NCBI GenBank assembly: GCA_963829055.1
Contig: CAWHHI010000017.1
Coordinates: 1-64,000 of the forward strand
Length of the DNA stretch: 64,000 nucleotides
Direction: 5' to 3'
Source of the DNA: an uncultured Gemmatimonadaceae bacterium
GTDB lineage: Bacteria; Gemmatimonadota; Gemmatimonadetes; Gemmatimonadales; Gemmatimonadaceae
The notes under the pieces were generated by a model, which saw only the letters and a program-made list of their open reading frames with translations, was not told the DNA's origin and searched no databases. This document shows positions 47,504-59,212 of the stretch, piece after piece. Positions within the stretch are counted from its first letter, which is position 1; every line of letters starts with the position of its first letter. Both the position numbers and the translations under genes were made by a program.

Positions 47504-48150
47504 CGACCCGCGCTGGCTGGACGAGATCGGCGATGAGCTGCGCGAAGAGGTGCCGGTGCGCGCCGCGTGGCGCTCGCGTCTGCTGGACGATGTCGCACGC
47601 TCGCGCCGCCCAGCACTGGGTGACGACGTACGATGACCGCGTTCGATGACGCGAGCGCCGCGATAGCGGACGCTACTCCGCGTCGACGCCGCATCGTCCT
47701 CACAGCCGATCGCCAGCGTCGCGGCAGCGCTGCTCTTCGTGGCACTCGGCGCGGGCGTGACGTACGTGGCGCTGTCAGGTCGCGAGCCAGCACGCTGGCG
47801 CCGATCGCGTCAGCCTCTCGGGACAGCGCAACGCGCACGACGACCACACTCGTGTCGACTCACGACGCCCGCGGAGCGCGAGGTCGTGCGGTTCGAGCTC
47901 TCGGCCCCGAACGCGTCGCGCGTCGCGCTCGTCGGCAGCTTCAACGAATGGAATCCGGTCGCGACGCCACTCTCGCGCGATCCGGCGACGTGGAACGTGG
48001 ATGGTCTCGTTACGTCTTCCACCGGGTCGCCACGTGTACGCGTTCGTCGTCGATGGTGACGTGACGGCCGATCCCGCCGCTCCGCGCGCGGCCGACGACG
48101 ACTTCGGCTCGGCGAACTCGGTCGTGCTCGTGTCGGGGAACGCGTCATGA
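47490..48150 (+). CDS. Putative anti-sigma factor with TM and C-terminal CBM48-like domain (frameshifted)
   Basis: Overlaps the sigma stop; short cytoplasmic N-terminus, TM (AAALLFVALGAG), VRFELSAPNASRVALVGSFNEWNP..PGRHVYAFVVDG. Confidence 0.75.
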
Positions 48151-48802
48151 TCGCTCGGATGCCGTCGGCCATCTCCACGCGCATCGGTCATGGTGTCGCT
48201 CATCGTGGCGTTCTCGGCTCGCCACGAGCGCGACACGGCCGTGCGCAGGAGAGTCGATCGTACACTTCCGTGCGCAGCTCTCGGCGCGACGCGCGCGACG
48301 CTCGAGCGCCTGATCGACTCGGCGCGCGTCGCGGGCCTGCCGGTCGACCCGCTGTACTCGAAGGTGCGCGAGGGTGTCTTTCGCTCGGCGGACGAGGCGC
48401 GCGTCGTCGCCGCCGTGCAGCGACTCGCGCCGCGATCTCGGCGACGCCCGTTCGGCGTTAGGCGACAGCGCCGGCGCCGAGGAGATCGCGGCCGGAGCGA
48501 ACGCGCTGCGCGCCGGCGTCCGACCGGCTGACCTGTCGCGACTGCGCGATTCGCGCGGCCGGCGTGGCGATCATCCGCTGACGGTCGCGCTCGTGGTGCT
48601 CGCCGATCTCGCGACGCGCGGCGTCCCGCCGGCGATGGCCGCGGCGTCCGTGAACGAGCTCGTTGCGCGCAACGTGTCCGACGGCTCGCTGCTGTCGTTC
48701 CGTCAGAACGTCGAGCGTGACCTCGTCGGCGGCCGTTCGGCGGCGTCCGCGCTTGATGCGCGAACGAAGTCCATGATCGACGACGAGCGACGACGGCCGT
48801 AG
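48147..48802 (+). CDS. Hypothetical helical exported protein (frameshifted)
   Basis: ATGA-coupled to the upstream gene; IDSARVAGLPVDPLYSKVREG, VVLADLATRGVP. Confidence 0.7.
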
Positions 48803-49050
48803 GGAATCGGCGCAGCTGGGCCTCGGGACTGGGGCCTGGGGACTCGGCACTGCAGACAGAGGACGCCAACCAGCCATCCCGGTCGGACTCGTTGCGACAA
48901 TAGCAGCAGCTCGCAGCTCGAAGCAGTAGCCCGCAGCCGTCGGCAAACAGCAAGCAGCTGCGGCAGCCCCAGAGTACCATAGCGCAACCGCGCTGGTACC
49001 CGCTCTGCACGCTCCATACATTGCGCTCGGCCATGCGACGACGACGCGAG

Positions 49051-52000
49051 ATGACCGAGCTGCGAGACCGCCTTCAGGCCAGTCTCGGCGAGAGCTACCG
49101 GCTCGACCGTGAGCTTGGCGGCGGCGGCATGTCGCGCGTGTTCGTCGCCCAGGACACGCGACTCGGTCGCGAGGTCGTCGTCAAGGTGCTGTCGCCCGAC
49201 CTCGCCGCAGGGGTCAACAGCGAGCGGTTCCATCGCGAGATCCTCGTCGCGGCGCAGCTGCAGCACCCGCACATCGTGCCCGTGCTCGCCGCCGGCGAGA
49301 CCGATGGGCTGCCGTACTTCACGATGCCCTACGTCGCCGGCGAGTCACTGCGTCGCCGGCTCGACGGTGGGAAGCCGCTGCCGGTCGTCAACGCCGTCGC
49401 CGTGCTGCGCGACGTCGCGCGCGCGCTCGCGTACGCGCACGAGCATGGCGTCGTCCATCGCGACATCAAGCCGGACAACGTGCTCGTCGCCGGCGGTTCC
49501 GCGGCGGTCACGGACTTCGGCATCGCGAAGGCGCTGTCGTCGTCGCGCACGTTCGGCGCGGCGAGAACCTGACGCGCGATCGGTAACTCACTCGGCACAC
49601 CGGCGTACATGGCGCCCGAGCAGGTAGCCGCCGACCCGAACGCCGATCATCGCATCGACATCTACTCGTTCGGCGCGATGGCGTACGAGCTCCTCACCGG
49701 GCAGTCGCGCCGTTCGACGGGCGACCGCCGCACGCGGTGCTGTCCGCGCACCTGACCGAGTCAGCCCGCGCCCCTCGAGACGCGAGCGCCGGACGTACCG
49801 CCGGCGCTCGCGGCGCTCGTGATGAAGTGTCTGGCGAAGAATCCCGCCGATCGTCCGCAGACCGCCGACGAGATCGTGCGCGCGCTCGAGCGCGTCGACC
49901 TCTCGGGCGACTGGCGTGCGCCGCCGGCCGAGACGGCCGCGACAGGCGGCGTCACGCACGTCGTACGGCGGCGATCGTCGCGGCCGTCGTGATTGCCGTG
50001 GCTGCTGGCGGCTGGGCGATGCTGGGAGCGGTTTCGCACGCGCGGCACCCGCCCCCAATCGCGACATGGTCGCGGTCGTTCCGTTTCGCGTCGCGACGGC
50101 CGACCCCGCGCTGCACTACCTGCGCGAAGGGATGCTCGACCTGCTCGCGGCGAAGCTGACCGGCGAGGGCGGGCTGCGCGCGACCGACCCGCGGCAATTG
50201 CTCGACGCGTGGCGAACGGCCGGCGGAACCGAATCGTCGGAGCTGCCGCGCGATGACGACGCTCGCGCTCGCGCGCCGCCTCGGCGCGGGACGTCTCCTG
50301 CTCGGCGACGTCGTCGGGACGCCGAATCGGATCGTGCTCACGGCGTCGCTGCTCGGCTCCGCGCGCGGCGACTCGATCGCGAAGCTGAGCGTCGAGGGTC
50401 CGCCCGACAGCCTCGCGTGGCTGGTGGACCGACTCGCCGCCCGACTGCTCGCCGAGACGTCGGCGGAAGGCGCGAGCCGGTCGCGCGAGCCTAACGAGTA
50501 CGTCGCTGCCCGCGCTGCGCGCGTACCTGGACGGCCAGACGAAGATGCGACGCGTGGATGTCGTCGGCGCGGCGAAGGACTTCGAGCGCGCGCTCGACGC
50601 CGACTCGACGTTCGCGCTCGCCGCGCTCGGGCTGCGCATGGCGTCGTCCTGGTACGGCGACGCGACGCTGCAGCAGCGCGGGCTCGACATCGCGTGGCGC
50701 GAACGCGCGCGACTCAGCCAGCGCGACCAGGCGCTGCTGCTCGCCGTTGGCGGGCCCTCGCTACCCCGAAGCGCCAACGGCGCAGGAGCTGCTCGAGGCA
50801 CGCGAGCGCTACCTCGCCGTCGCACCGGACCGCGCGGACGCCTGGTACTTGTTAGGCGACCACGTCTTCCACTACGGCTGGGTGCTCAACGTCCCGAACC
50901 CGGAGGAGCGCGCGCTCGAGTCGTTCCGCCGCGCGTCGGAGATCGACTCGAGCTACGTCGTCGGCTACCTCCACGCGCTGCCGCTCGCGCTCTCGCTCGG
51001 CGACACGGCCGCGGCGCGACGGTTCGAGCGGCTGCGACTCGCGTCGGACACGTCGCGCTACTGGTACGTGCTGCACCGCTGGCAGAAGGCGTACGCGCTG
51101 GGCGATTCCGCGCGCGGCCGCGCGATCGCCGACTCGATCGATCTGTCGCAGTACGTCTACGGGATGGATCAGATCGCGTTCTACGACGGCACCGGCGCGC
51201 CTGACGTGCAGGCGCGGCATCGACACCGCGCTGCAAGAAGGCGACCGGACGATCCGGCGCGCCGCGGGATCGAGCGGCTGGCTCACGATTTCGAGCTCGT
51301 GGCGGGACGCCGTCGGCGGCGCTGGCGCACCTCGTCGCGTCGGCGGATAGCGCCGACCGACGTGAACATCCCGATCCTCGAGGTCCGCGACGCCCTCATC
51401 GCCGACGGCGACACGACCGCGGCGCTGGAGGGCGCGCGCGCGCTTGCAGCGCTGGGAGGCGGCGTCCCATCTCGAGCGACTCGGCGCGACGCGCCAACCA
51501 GCGCGCGGCGACGCGCGTGCTCGAGCCGTGGCGTCTCTCCCACGGCGATACGTCGCAGACGCGCCGAAGCATCGATCGCCTTCGCTCCATCGCGCGCCCG
51601 CTCACGGGCGCGCGCAGAGTCGACGCCGAGGTCGAGATCGCGGCGATCGAGGCGATGCATGCGGATGTCGACGCGCAGCCCGGACCTTCGTGCGGCGACG
51701 TTGCGACTTGACTCACTGCTCCGCGTGCTCGACTACGCCGACAGCGAACCCGGGGCGAACGTCGTTCGCGAATCTCGTCGCGGCGCGATTGCTGGAGAAG
51801 CTGGGCGACATGCGCGGGGCGCTCACCGCGGCCCGCCGCCGCACGGACGCGTGGGTGCAGAACAACCCGTATCTCGGCGACGCAGCTCCGCGAGCAGGGT
51901 CGCCTCGCGGCGCTCGCCGGCGAGCGAGAGGAGGCGATCAGGGCGTATCGGCATTACCTCGCGCTACGAGCGCGATGCGGAGCCCGCGATCAGGCCGCAG

Positions 52001-52057
52001 GTGGAAGCCGTTAGGCGAGAGCTCAAGCAGCTCGAGAAGTCGAGCGGCGGGAAGTAA
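49051..52057 (+). CDS. Ser/Thr protein kinase with TM, TolB-like and TPR regions (frameshifted)
   Basis: [34 protein letters not shown]. Confidence 0.92.
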
Positions 52058-52310
52058 CGTCCGAGCCGCGAGCCGGGAGCGCTGGCGAGACGCGCGAGGA
52101 TCGCAGAGTCATCCCCAGTCGCTGAGCACGCGGACCGGCGTCAGCATGGATCCGCTCGACTCGCTGTCGCTCGCTCGGCATGCAGAGCCGAGCGGATACG
52201 GGGACTGAAACCTGATGACTCGACTGAGTGACTGGCCCACTTGGTACTGGCCATGCCGTCGCCGGATTCCAGCCGTCTCGGGCCGCTCACCCAGTCTCTC
52301 CAGCGACTTC

Positions 52311-53969
52311 CTAACGCGGACACCGCCGCAACAAGTCGCTTCGGCTGCGGCGCGTTCGGGTAGAGCTCGCGCGCCGCGCCGGCGTACTGACGCACGTGCT
52401 TGCAGTCCGCCTCGCGCCGCGTACGACTCCGCCAGTCGCATGTTGATCCGGTAAGCTGCCCGGATCGAACAGCGCCGCCCGCGTCGCCTGCGCCGTCGTC
52501 GTGGCCGACGTGTAGACCGACATCGCGGCGATCTGGCCGCTCGCGCGCAGCACGATCGAGCACCGCGATCACGACTGCCGCGCCAACGACTGGACCGCGA
52601 ACTGTCGCCGGCAAGCGTGGCTCGCGGTCTTGCCCGGCGGGGACAGCGCTCCGACGATCGACCAGAGAAACAGACTCGGGATCGCGATCAGCACCACCGC
52701 GTCGAACGCGCCGACGATCGCGGCGATCACCACCGTCGCCGCGAGCGCAACGGCACCGAGCCGTTCGTGCGACGTCGACGCTGCACGCGCGCGCATCCAC
52801 GCGCCGACGAGCGAGTCCGAACAAGCGCGAACGCGTACATCACGACCGCGGCGAACCCGCGCTCCGCCACGAACGCGACCCAGTCGCTGCTCGGCCACGG
52901 GTTCGACGTCATGCCCTTCGTCGTTGAGCGACGGATCGTTGCGCGACGCGAACTTCGGGTATTCGACCGACCAGTTGCCCGGCCCAACGCCTAACAGCGG
53001 ATTCGCGACCGCCATGCGGAGCGAGTTGCGATACTGCACGAGCCGGCCTGCGCCGCTTCCTTCCTTGTAGTTCACGACGCCGCGGACGGAATCGAGGTAC
53101 GGCGAGTCGCTCTTCCACTCGAGCGCGTTCGGGAGCACGAGGGCGCGCGACGACCGCCAGCGCGCGACACCCCGGCCAGCACGACGAGTCGGCGACGTCG
53201 CACCGCGTCGGCTCCAGGCATCGCGCATGCGCCATCCGAGGAGCACCATGAGCGCGCCGCCGACCATGAGCGCCAGCCACGCTGCTCGCGAGCGCGACAG
53301 CACGAGCGCCGCCGCCACGAATGCCATCCCCGCGGTACCAAGTGAAAAGCCCCACGTCCGTCGCGCCTCGATGGCGCACAGGAGCACGATCGGCGTGCCG
53401 ATCGCCGACAGGTGCGCCATGAAGTTCCGATTGCCGAACGTCCCGCCCGGCGCTCGACTCAGGCTCATGTACTCCGGCTCGACGCCGTACGCCTGAAGGA
53501 GCGCGGTCATCGCACCGGCAACGATCGCGACCGCCAGACCGGTAACGAGCGCGCGCTCGTAGCCGGCGCGGCGAGTGCGCGCGCGACCCAGAAGACGTCA
53601 GGCCACTGCGCCGTGATCGCGAGCGCTCGTGTCGCCAGCCACCAGTTCGTGGCGAACAGCGCCAGACACGACGCTCAGCACGAGGAACGCGACGAGGAAC
53701 GTGTCCACGCGAGAGAGTACGGGACGCGGCCGCTTCGCCAGCGCGATGAGCCCGGTGATCGCCGCCGTCGCGTGCAGCGCGAGCTCCTTCGGCACGAAGA
53801 AGCGATCGAGATCGAACGACTTGTACGGCAGCGACAGCAGAACGACCGCGAGCGCACCGATGATGACCGTCGTGAGAGCAACGACATCAGCCGCCGAGCG
53901 TGTGGAAACGCTCGTCGTCGTGTGCTTCACGCGGATGTCATCGATCGCGAGGACCGAGTTTGCTGCCAT
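52311..53969 (-). CDS. O-antigen ligase (Wzy_C) family membrane protein with a TPR-like tail (frameshifted)
   Basis: Many TM helices; GTFGNRNFMAH, SRSRAAWLA, NPLLGVGPGNW. Confidence 0.8.
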
Positions 53970-54112
53970 GTCGTCCACCAGTGCCAAGCGCAGTGCGACG
54001 GTTCGACGGGGAATCGCGCGCCCGGGTAACTTATCCGCGCTCGCGGGTTGCCGCCGCTGCGGGGCCTGAGGAAGGAGCTGGACGGCGGACTGGCGGATGG
54101 CGGTGAAAAGCG

Positions 54113-54245
54113 TGTCATCCCGAGGAGTGAAACGACGAGGGACCTTCCATGATGTCATCGTAGCCAGTCCGGCCACGAGTACTTCATAGGAGGTCCCTCG
54201 TCATGCACCCGCCTGCGGCGGGTTCCCGCGCTCCTCGGGATGACA
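54113..54245. repeat. REP-like element, family B
   Basis: TGTCATCCCGAGGAG..GAGGGACCT..AGGTCCCTC..CTCCTCGGGATGACA. Confidence 0.85.
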
Positions 54246-54261
54246 ACCTGCTTCCTACGGC

Positions 54262-55731
54262 CTAGCTCATCCCCCACAACGACGCGGTTTGCTTCCGCAC
54301 CGGCTGCGGGATCAGCTCGGACTCGACGTCGCCGCGCGGGAGCGTCAGCGTGAACGTGGAGCCCTGACCGTACACGCTCGTCACTGCAAGGTCGCCGCCC
54401 ATGGCGCGCGCGAGCTCACGGCTGATCGACAGGCCGAGGCCAGTGCCGGCGGACGCCCGCGTTAGGCCGTTGTCGAGCTGCACGAACGGCTCGAAGATCG
54501 CATCGAGCTTCTGCGGCGGAATCCCCGGACCCGTGTCGGTCACGCGGATCTCGATCGCATCGATCGAGTCGAACGCAATCGACGTCGATGGCGCCGTGGC
54601 GCGGCGTGAACTTGCACGCGTTCGACACCAGGTTCACGACGATCTGTCGCACCTTCTCGCGATCGGCGCGGACGATCAGCTGATCCGCGGCCGCACGCCA
54701 ACCGTACGTCGAGCTCCTTCGCATCGATCAGCGGGCGACAGAGGGGGTCCACCGCGAGGCGAATGTCGCGGACCGGCAGCGGCCGTGATCCGCAGCTCGA
54801 CCCGGCGCGCGTCCACTCGCGCGAAGTCGAGCAGGTCGTTGATGATCGCGAGCAGGTGACGCTCGTTCGACTCGATGCGCTTGAGGATCGAGAGCTGCTC
54901 CTCGCTCAATGCCACCGTAGATCCCCATCTCGAGCAGCTCGAGGTAGCCCTGGATCGCGGTGAGCGGCGTGCGCAGCTCGTGGCTCATCATCCGCAGGAA
55001 GTCCGTCTTCGCGCGGTTCGCTTCCTCGGCCGCTGTGCGCGCCGTCTGCTCCTGCTCGAGGACCGCGGTGCGCTGCAGTTCGAGCTGACGCCGATCGGCG
55101 ATGTAGCGACGAATGTTCGCCAGTGCGAGCGCGGCGGCAATGAACGAGACGAGCAACCCGATCGCGAGCAGGATGCCGGCGTCGCTCGCACGCGCAGCCT
55201 GCTCGCGGGACCGCGCGGCGAACAGGATTCGCTGGTCGTCGCGGAACTCACGAAGCAGCGCGTCGACACGATCGTGCATGTCGGTGATGTCCTCGATCTC
55301 GCATCGCGATCGCCGCGGAGTCCAGTCCGCGCTGCTGCCGGAGGTTCGCGATGCTGCTCGAGATCATCGAGATGGGCCGCAAGCACGGGCGCGAGTGAGT
55401 CCGCGCGGGCGCTCGAGGCAGCATCCATAGTGCAGCAGCAATGGCGCGGAGCCGCTCGACGTTGCGCTCCGCGCTGCACGCGCGCCTGCTCGAATCGATC
55501 GCGGTCGTCGACGTTGCCGCCTAACACGTAATCACGCTGCGCGATTGCGGCGTCATCGATGCTGGCGCGCAGCATGTCGACCTGCTCGATCACGGCCTCG
55601 GTGTCGCCTGCGCTGCGCGTCGCCACCGCGAGCTTGCCCAGGCTGACGTATGAGAGCGTACCAATCAACGCGACAGCGACGACGCCGGAGCCGAAGTTGA
55701 GGCTGACTTTTTCGTAAAGCGTGAGCGTCAT
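54262..55731 (-). CDS. Sensor histidine kinase with CHASE3-like periplasmic domain (frameshifted)
   Basis: [45 protein letters not shown]. Confidence 0.88.
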
Positions 55732-56199
55732 GTGCGCTTACCCGTTTCAGACGCCGAGATGCATTTCAGCGACGTCTACCACAGGAGCGGTGAGACGATC
55801 GCGTTCATTGTCGCTGACAGAATCAGTCGTGGTCCGCCCAGCGCTGTATACGTTTGCCCCGGGCGCCGGACTATGCAACCCTCGGTCGCAGTGACCGAAC
55901 TACGGAAGTCGCCCAGCCGGCCAGGAGAATTCTCTCATCTAACCAACCGACGTGCGAAAAGTCGCTGCGTCACAAATTAGGATAACGTGGACGGCACGCT
56001 AGTACCGTGATGTACGTCGCAAGGTGGCTCCAAGCACACTGATGCAACGGATGCGGAATACTTGCTAACCACGGCCTAACTCTGCCGAACCCGGGCTCTG
56101 CGACCATCATTGCGCCTGATCATTGCAAGCGCGTTGTCGCGTTTCGAGCCGCCTGGTATCGATTGGGTACCGGCGGCGCCCACTAGCGAGGAGCAGCCA

Positions 56200-56367
56200 A
56201 TGCACGCACGCACTGACCCCAATCCGTGGCCCGAGCCGGACCCGAATCCGACCCCAATGCCCGATCCCCGTCCCGATCCAGTCCCTTACCGGGGCGACCC
56301 TCCGGTGCGGATCGTCGACCTTCCGCCTAACACGCCCACCCCCGGCATCCCCGTGGAGCCGACGTAG
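56200..56367 (+). CDS. 55-aa Pro-rich small protein
   Basis: GAGGAG RBS; MHARTDPNPWPEPDPNPTPMPDPRPDP... Confidence 0.55.
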   Translation: MHARTDPNPWPEPDPNPTPMPDPRPDPVPYRGDPPVRIVDLPPNTPTPGIPVEPT

Positions 56368-56373
56368 GGTGAC

Positions 56374-56407
56374 CAGTTGGGGTCAGACTCGAGTCTGACC
56401 CCAACTG
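56374..56407. repeat. Perfect 34-bp palindrome (REP-like or terminator)
   Basis: CAGTTGGGGTCAGACTCGAGTCTGACCCCAACTG. Confidence 0.8.
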
Positions 56408-56500
56408 CGACCAGAACCATCAGCCCGGACGCCCTGTCCAAGCCTCTGACCTGACCGGCACGTCGCCGATCCAGACTCGAGCACCTCGGACGAGGGAGTC

Positions 56501-58951
56501 ATGCGCGACATCCTGCACGACCTTCGCTATTCCGTTCGGAGCCTCGCCCGGACGCCCGGCTTCGCCCTGCTCGCCATCCTGACGCTCGCGCTCGGCATCG
56601 GCGCCAACAGCGCCATCTTCAGCGTCATCAACGGCGTCATCCTCAAGCCGCTCGGCTACCCCCAGTCGGACCAGCTCGTGATGATCACGAGCCAGTTCCC
56701 TACCCTGGGGTTCGACAAGTTCTGGGTCTCACCACCCGAGTATTTCGACCTCCGCGAGCGCGCAAAATCGTTCAGCGAGATCGGCGCCTACCGATCGACC
56801 GCCGTGAACCTCAGCGAGGGGGATACGCCGGAGCGGGTCAACGCCGTCAGCGCGAGCTCGTCCCTCTTCAAGGTGCTCGGCGTCCCGGCCTACCGCGGGC
56901 GTGTGTTCAACGAGCAGGAGGACCTCCCGAACAGCGAACCGGTCGCGCTGGTCTCGTACGAACTGTGGCAGCGCGCGTTCGCCGGGAATGCAGGGTTGGT
57001 TGGGAAGCAGATCGATATCGAAGGCCGCAAGGTGCTGGTCCTCGGCATCATGCCCCGCGGCTTCGACATCCACGATGCCAAGGCCGAGGTCTGGTTTCCG
57101 CTGGGGCTCGACCCCGCGAACCGCCAGAATCGAGGCTCCCACTTCCTCTATCTCGTAGGACGGATGAAGCCGGGGGTGGGACTCCGTCAGGCGAACGCCG
57201 AGCTGAATCCGATGCTCGCGCAGTGGGGGCAGATCACGCCCAACACGCACGTACCGGATCCCGTGAACCATCGGATCCAGTACGCGTCGCTGCAGAGTGA
57301 CGTCGTCGGCAACATCGTGCGCGCACTGTGGGTCCTGCAGGTCGCCGTCGGATTCGTGCTGCTCATTGCCTGCGCGAACATGGCGAACCTGCTGCTCGCT
57401 CGCGCCGAATCCCGGCACCGCGAGTTCGCGATCCGCACGGCGCTAGGCGCGGGTCGTGGCCGTCTGCTGCGACAGTTCATGGCGGAAGGCGTGACGCTCG
57501 CGGTGCTGGGCGGCGCGGCTGGTCTCGCACTCGCGTACGGCGGGCTCAAGGCACTGATCGCGGCCAACCCGAACAGCCTTCCGCGATCCGCGGACATCGG
57601 GCTCGATGGGTCGGTGGTGCTGTTCACGGTGCTGACCGCCCTGCTCACGGGCGTCGTCTTCGGCCTCGCGCCACTCCTTCACGTTGGACAGCGTGCCGTG
57701 AGTCTCGCGCTCAAGGAAGGGGGGACGCGCACGACGGCGACCATCACGCGCAATCGTGTGCGTCGAGGTCTCGTGGTGACGGAGGTCGCGCTGGCGGTGA
57801 TGCTGGTGGTCGGCGCGGGGCTCATGCTCAAGAGCTTCTGGAAGCTCATGCGCTTCGATTCCGGCTTCGATCGTGCGAACGTGTCCACCTTCGGGCTCGT
57901 ACTCCCGGCGTCGAAGTATCAGGACCAACAGCGACGCGTCGCGTTTTTCCGCGACCTCACGAACCGGCTCAAGGAGACGCCCGGCGTGCAGGCCGCGGCG
58001 GCAATGCAGGGGCTGCCGCCGTTCCGCCCGGTCGACGCGAACGACACGCAGTTCGAGAACTACCAGCATGTGCAGGGTGGGCCGCCCGCGAACGTCGACT
58101 ACTACCAGTCGGCGACAGTCGACTACACGACGGCGATGAAGATTCCGGTGCTGGAAGGGCGAACGTTCGGGCCGCAGGACGGTGCGACGACGACACCGGT
58201 GGTGCTCGTCAACGAGACGCTCGCGAAGCTGTACTGGCCCAAGGAGAGCGCGCTCGGACATCGCATTCGCACGTGCTGCGGCGACAAGATCCCGTGGGCA
58301 ACGATCGTCGGTGTCATGAAGGACGTGAAGCAGGGCGGTATCGATCAGAAGACGGGCACGGAGCTGTACTTCCTGTACGATCAGACGGTGGCACTCTTCG
58401 GCGCCGCGCCGCGCAACATGAACGTCGTCGTGCGGTCGACGCTCCCGCTCGAATCGCTCGGCCGCGTGGTGCGTGAGCACGTGAACGCCATGGACCGCAC
58501 GCTTCCGATCGTGCAACTACGGACGATGGACGACGTGTTCGCCGATTCCGTGGCGCGGCAGCGGTTCCTCGCGCAGTTGCTCGCGATCTTCGGTGGGCTC
58601 GCGCTCGTGCTCGCCGCGGTCGGGACGTACGGCATCCTGTCGTATCTCGTGACCGAGCGGCAGCGAGAGATCGGCATCCGGATGGCGTTAGGCGCGGATC
58701 GTGGTCGCGTGCTGTCGATGGTGCTGCAGCAGGGTTTGTCGACGACCGTAATCGGTCTCGTGCTCGGCGTCGGCGGCGCACTCGGCCTCACGCGCCTGGC
58801 ATCGTCGCTTCTGTTCGAGGTCAAGCCCTCGGATCCGCTCACGTTCGTGGCAGTCGCGGGGATGATCACGCTCGTTGCCTTGCTGGCGTGTGTGGTTCCA
58901 GCGCGCCGAGCGACGCGGGTGGACCCAATGGTGGCACTGCGCGAGGAGTAG
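56501..58951 (+). CDS. ADOP-type duplicated ABC permease (intact)
   Basis: 816 aa; LALGIGANSAIFSV, LLIACANMANLLL, EIGIRMALGA, RATRVDPMVALREE. Confidence 0.95.
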   Translation: MRDILHDLRYSVRSLARTPGFALLAILTLALGIGANSAIFSVINGVILKPLGYPQSDQLVMITSQFPTLGFDKFWVSPPEYFDLRERAKSFSEIGAYRSTAVNLSEGDTPERVNAVSASSSLFKVLGVPAYRGRVFNEQEDLPNSEPVALVSYELWQRAFAGNAGLVGKQIDIEGRKVLVLGIMPRGFDIHDAKAEVWFPLGLDPANRQNRGSHFLYLVGRMKPGVGLRQANAELNPMLAQWGQITPNTHVPDPVNHRIQYASLQSDVVGNIVRALWVLQVAVGFVLLIACANMANLLLARAESRHREFAIRTALGAGRGRLLRQFMAEGVTLAVLGGAAGLALAYGGLKALIAANPNSLPRSADIGLDGSVVLFTVLTALLTGVVFGLAPLLHVGQRAVSLALKEGGTRTTATITRNRVRRGLVVTEVALAVMLVVGAGLMLKSFWKLMRFDSGFDRANVSTFGLVLPASKYQDQQRRVAFFRDLTNRLKETPGVQAAAAMQGLPPFRPVDANDTQFENYQHVQGGPPANVDYYQSATVDYTTAMKIPVLEGRTFGPQDGATTTPVVLVNETLAKLYWPKESALGHRIRTCCGDKIPWATIVGVMKDVKQGGIDQKTGTELYFLYDQTVALFGAAPRNMNVVVRSTLPLESLGRVVREHVNAMDRTLPIVQLRTMDDVFADSVARQRFLAQLLAIFGGLALVLAAVGTYGILSYLVTERQREIGIRMALGADRGRVLSMVLQQGLSTTVIGLVLGVGGALGLTRLASSLLFEVKPSDPLTFVAVAGMITLVALLACVVPARRATRVDPMVALREE

Positions 58952-59025
58952 GGGCTCAGGAAGGAGGCCGGAGGCCTCAGGAAGGAGGAGGGCGGAAGGC
59001 GGGTGGCGGCGGCGGTGAAGCAAGC

Positions 59026-59163
59026 GTCATCCCGAGCGACAGCGAGGGACCTTCTCGAACGCTCTTGTGGCCGGCAGACCTACGATCGCGTCACAGCAGG
59101 TCCTCGCTTCGCTCGGGATGACACGCGGTCGCTCGGGATGACAACGCTTCCGCGAGGATGACA
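59026..59163. repeat. REP-like element, family B, with extra half-sites
   Basis: GTCATCCCGAGCGACAGCGAGGGACC...GCTCGGGATGACA x2. Confidence 0.85.
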
Positions 59164-59212
59164 TATTGGGCGCGGGAGCCATATTGGAGTAATGCCCAAA
59201 CCCCGGTGCGTC

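Noticed and set aside
55732..56199. Possible ncRNA, riboswitch or sigma54 promoter in the long lower-GC intergenic region
   Set aside because: I recognised no conserved motif, and GG-N10-GC spacing was not met at the candidate sites.
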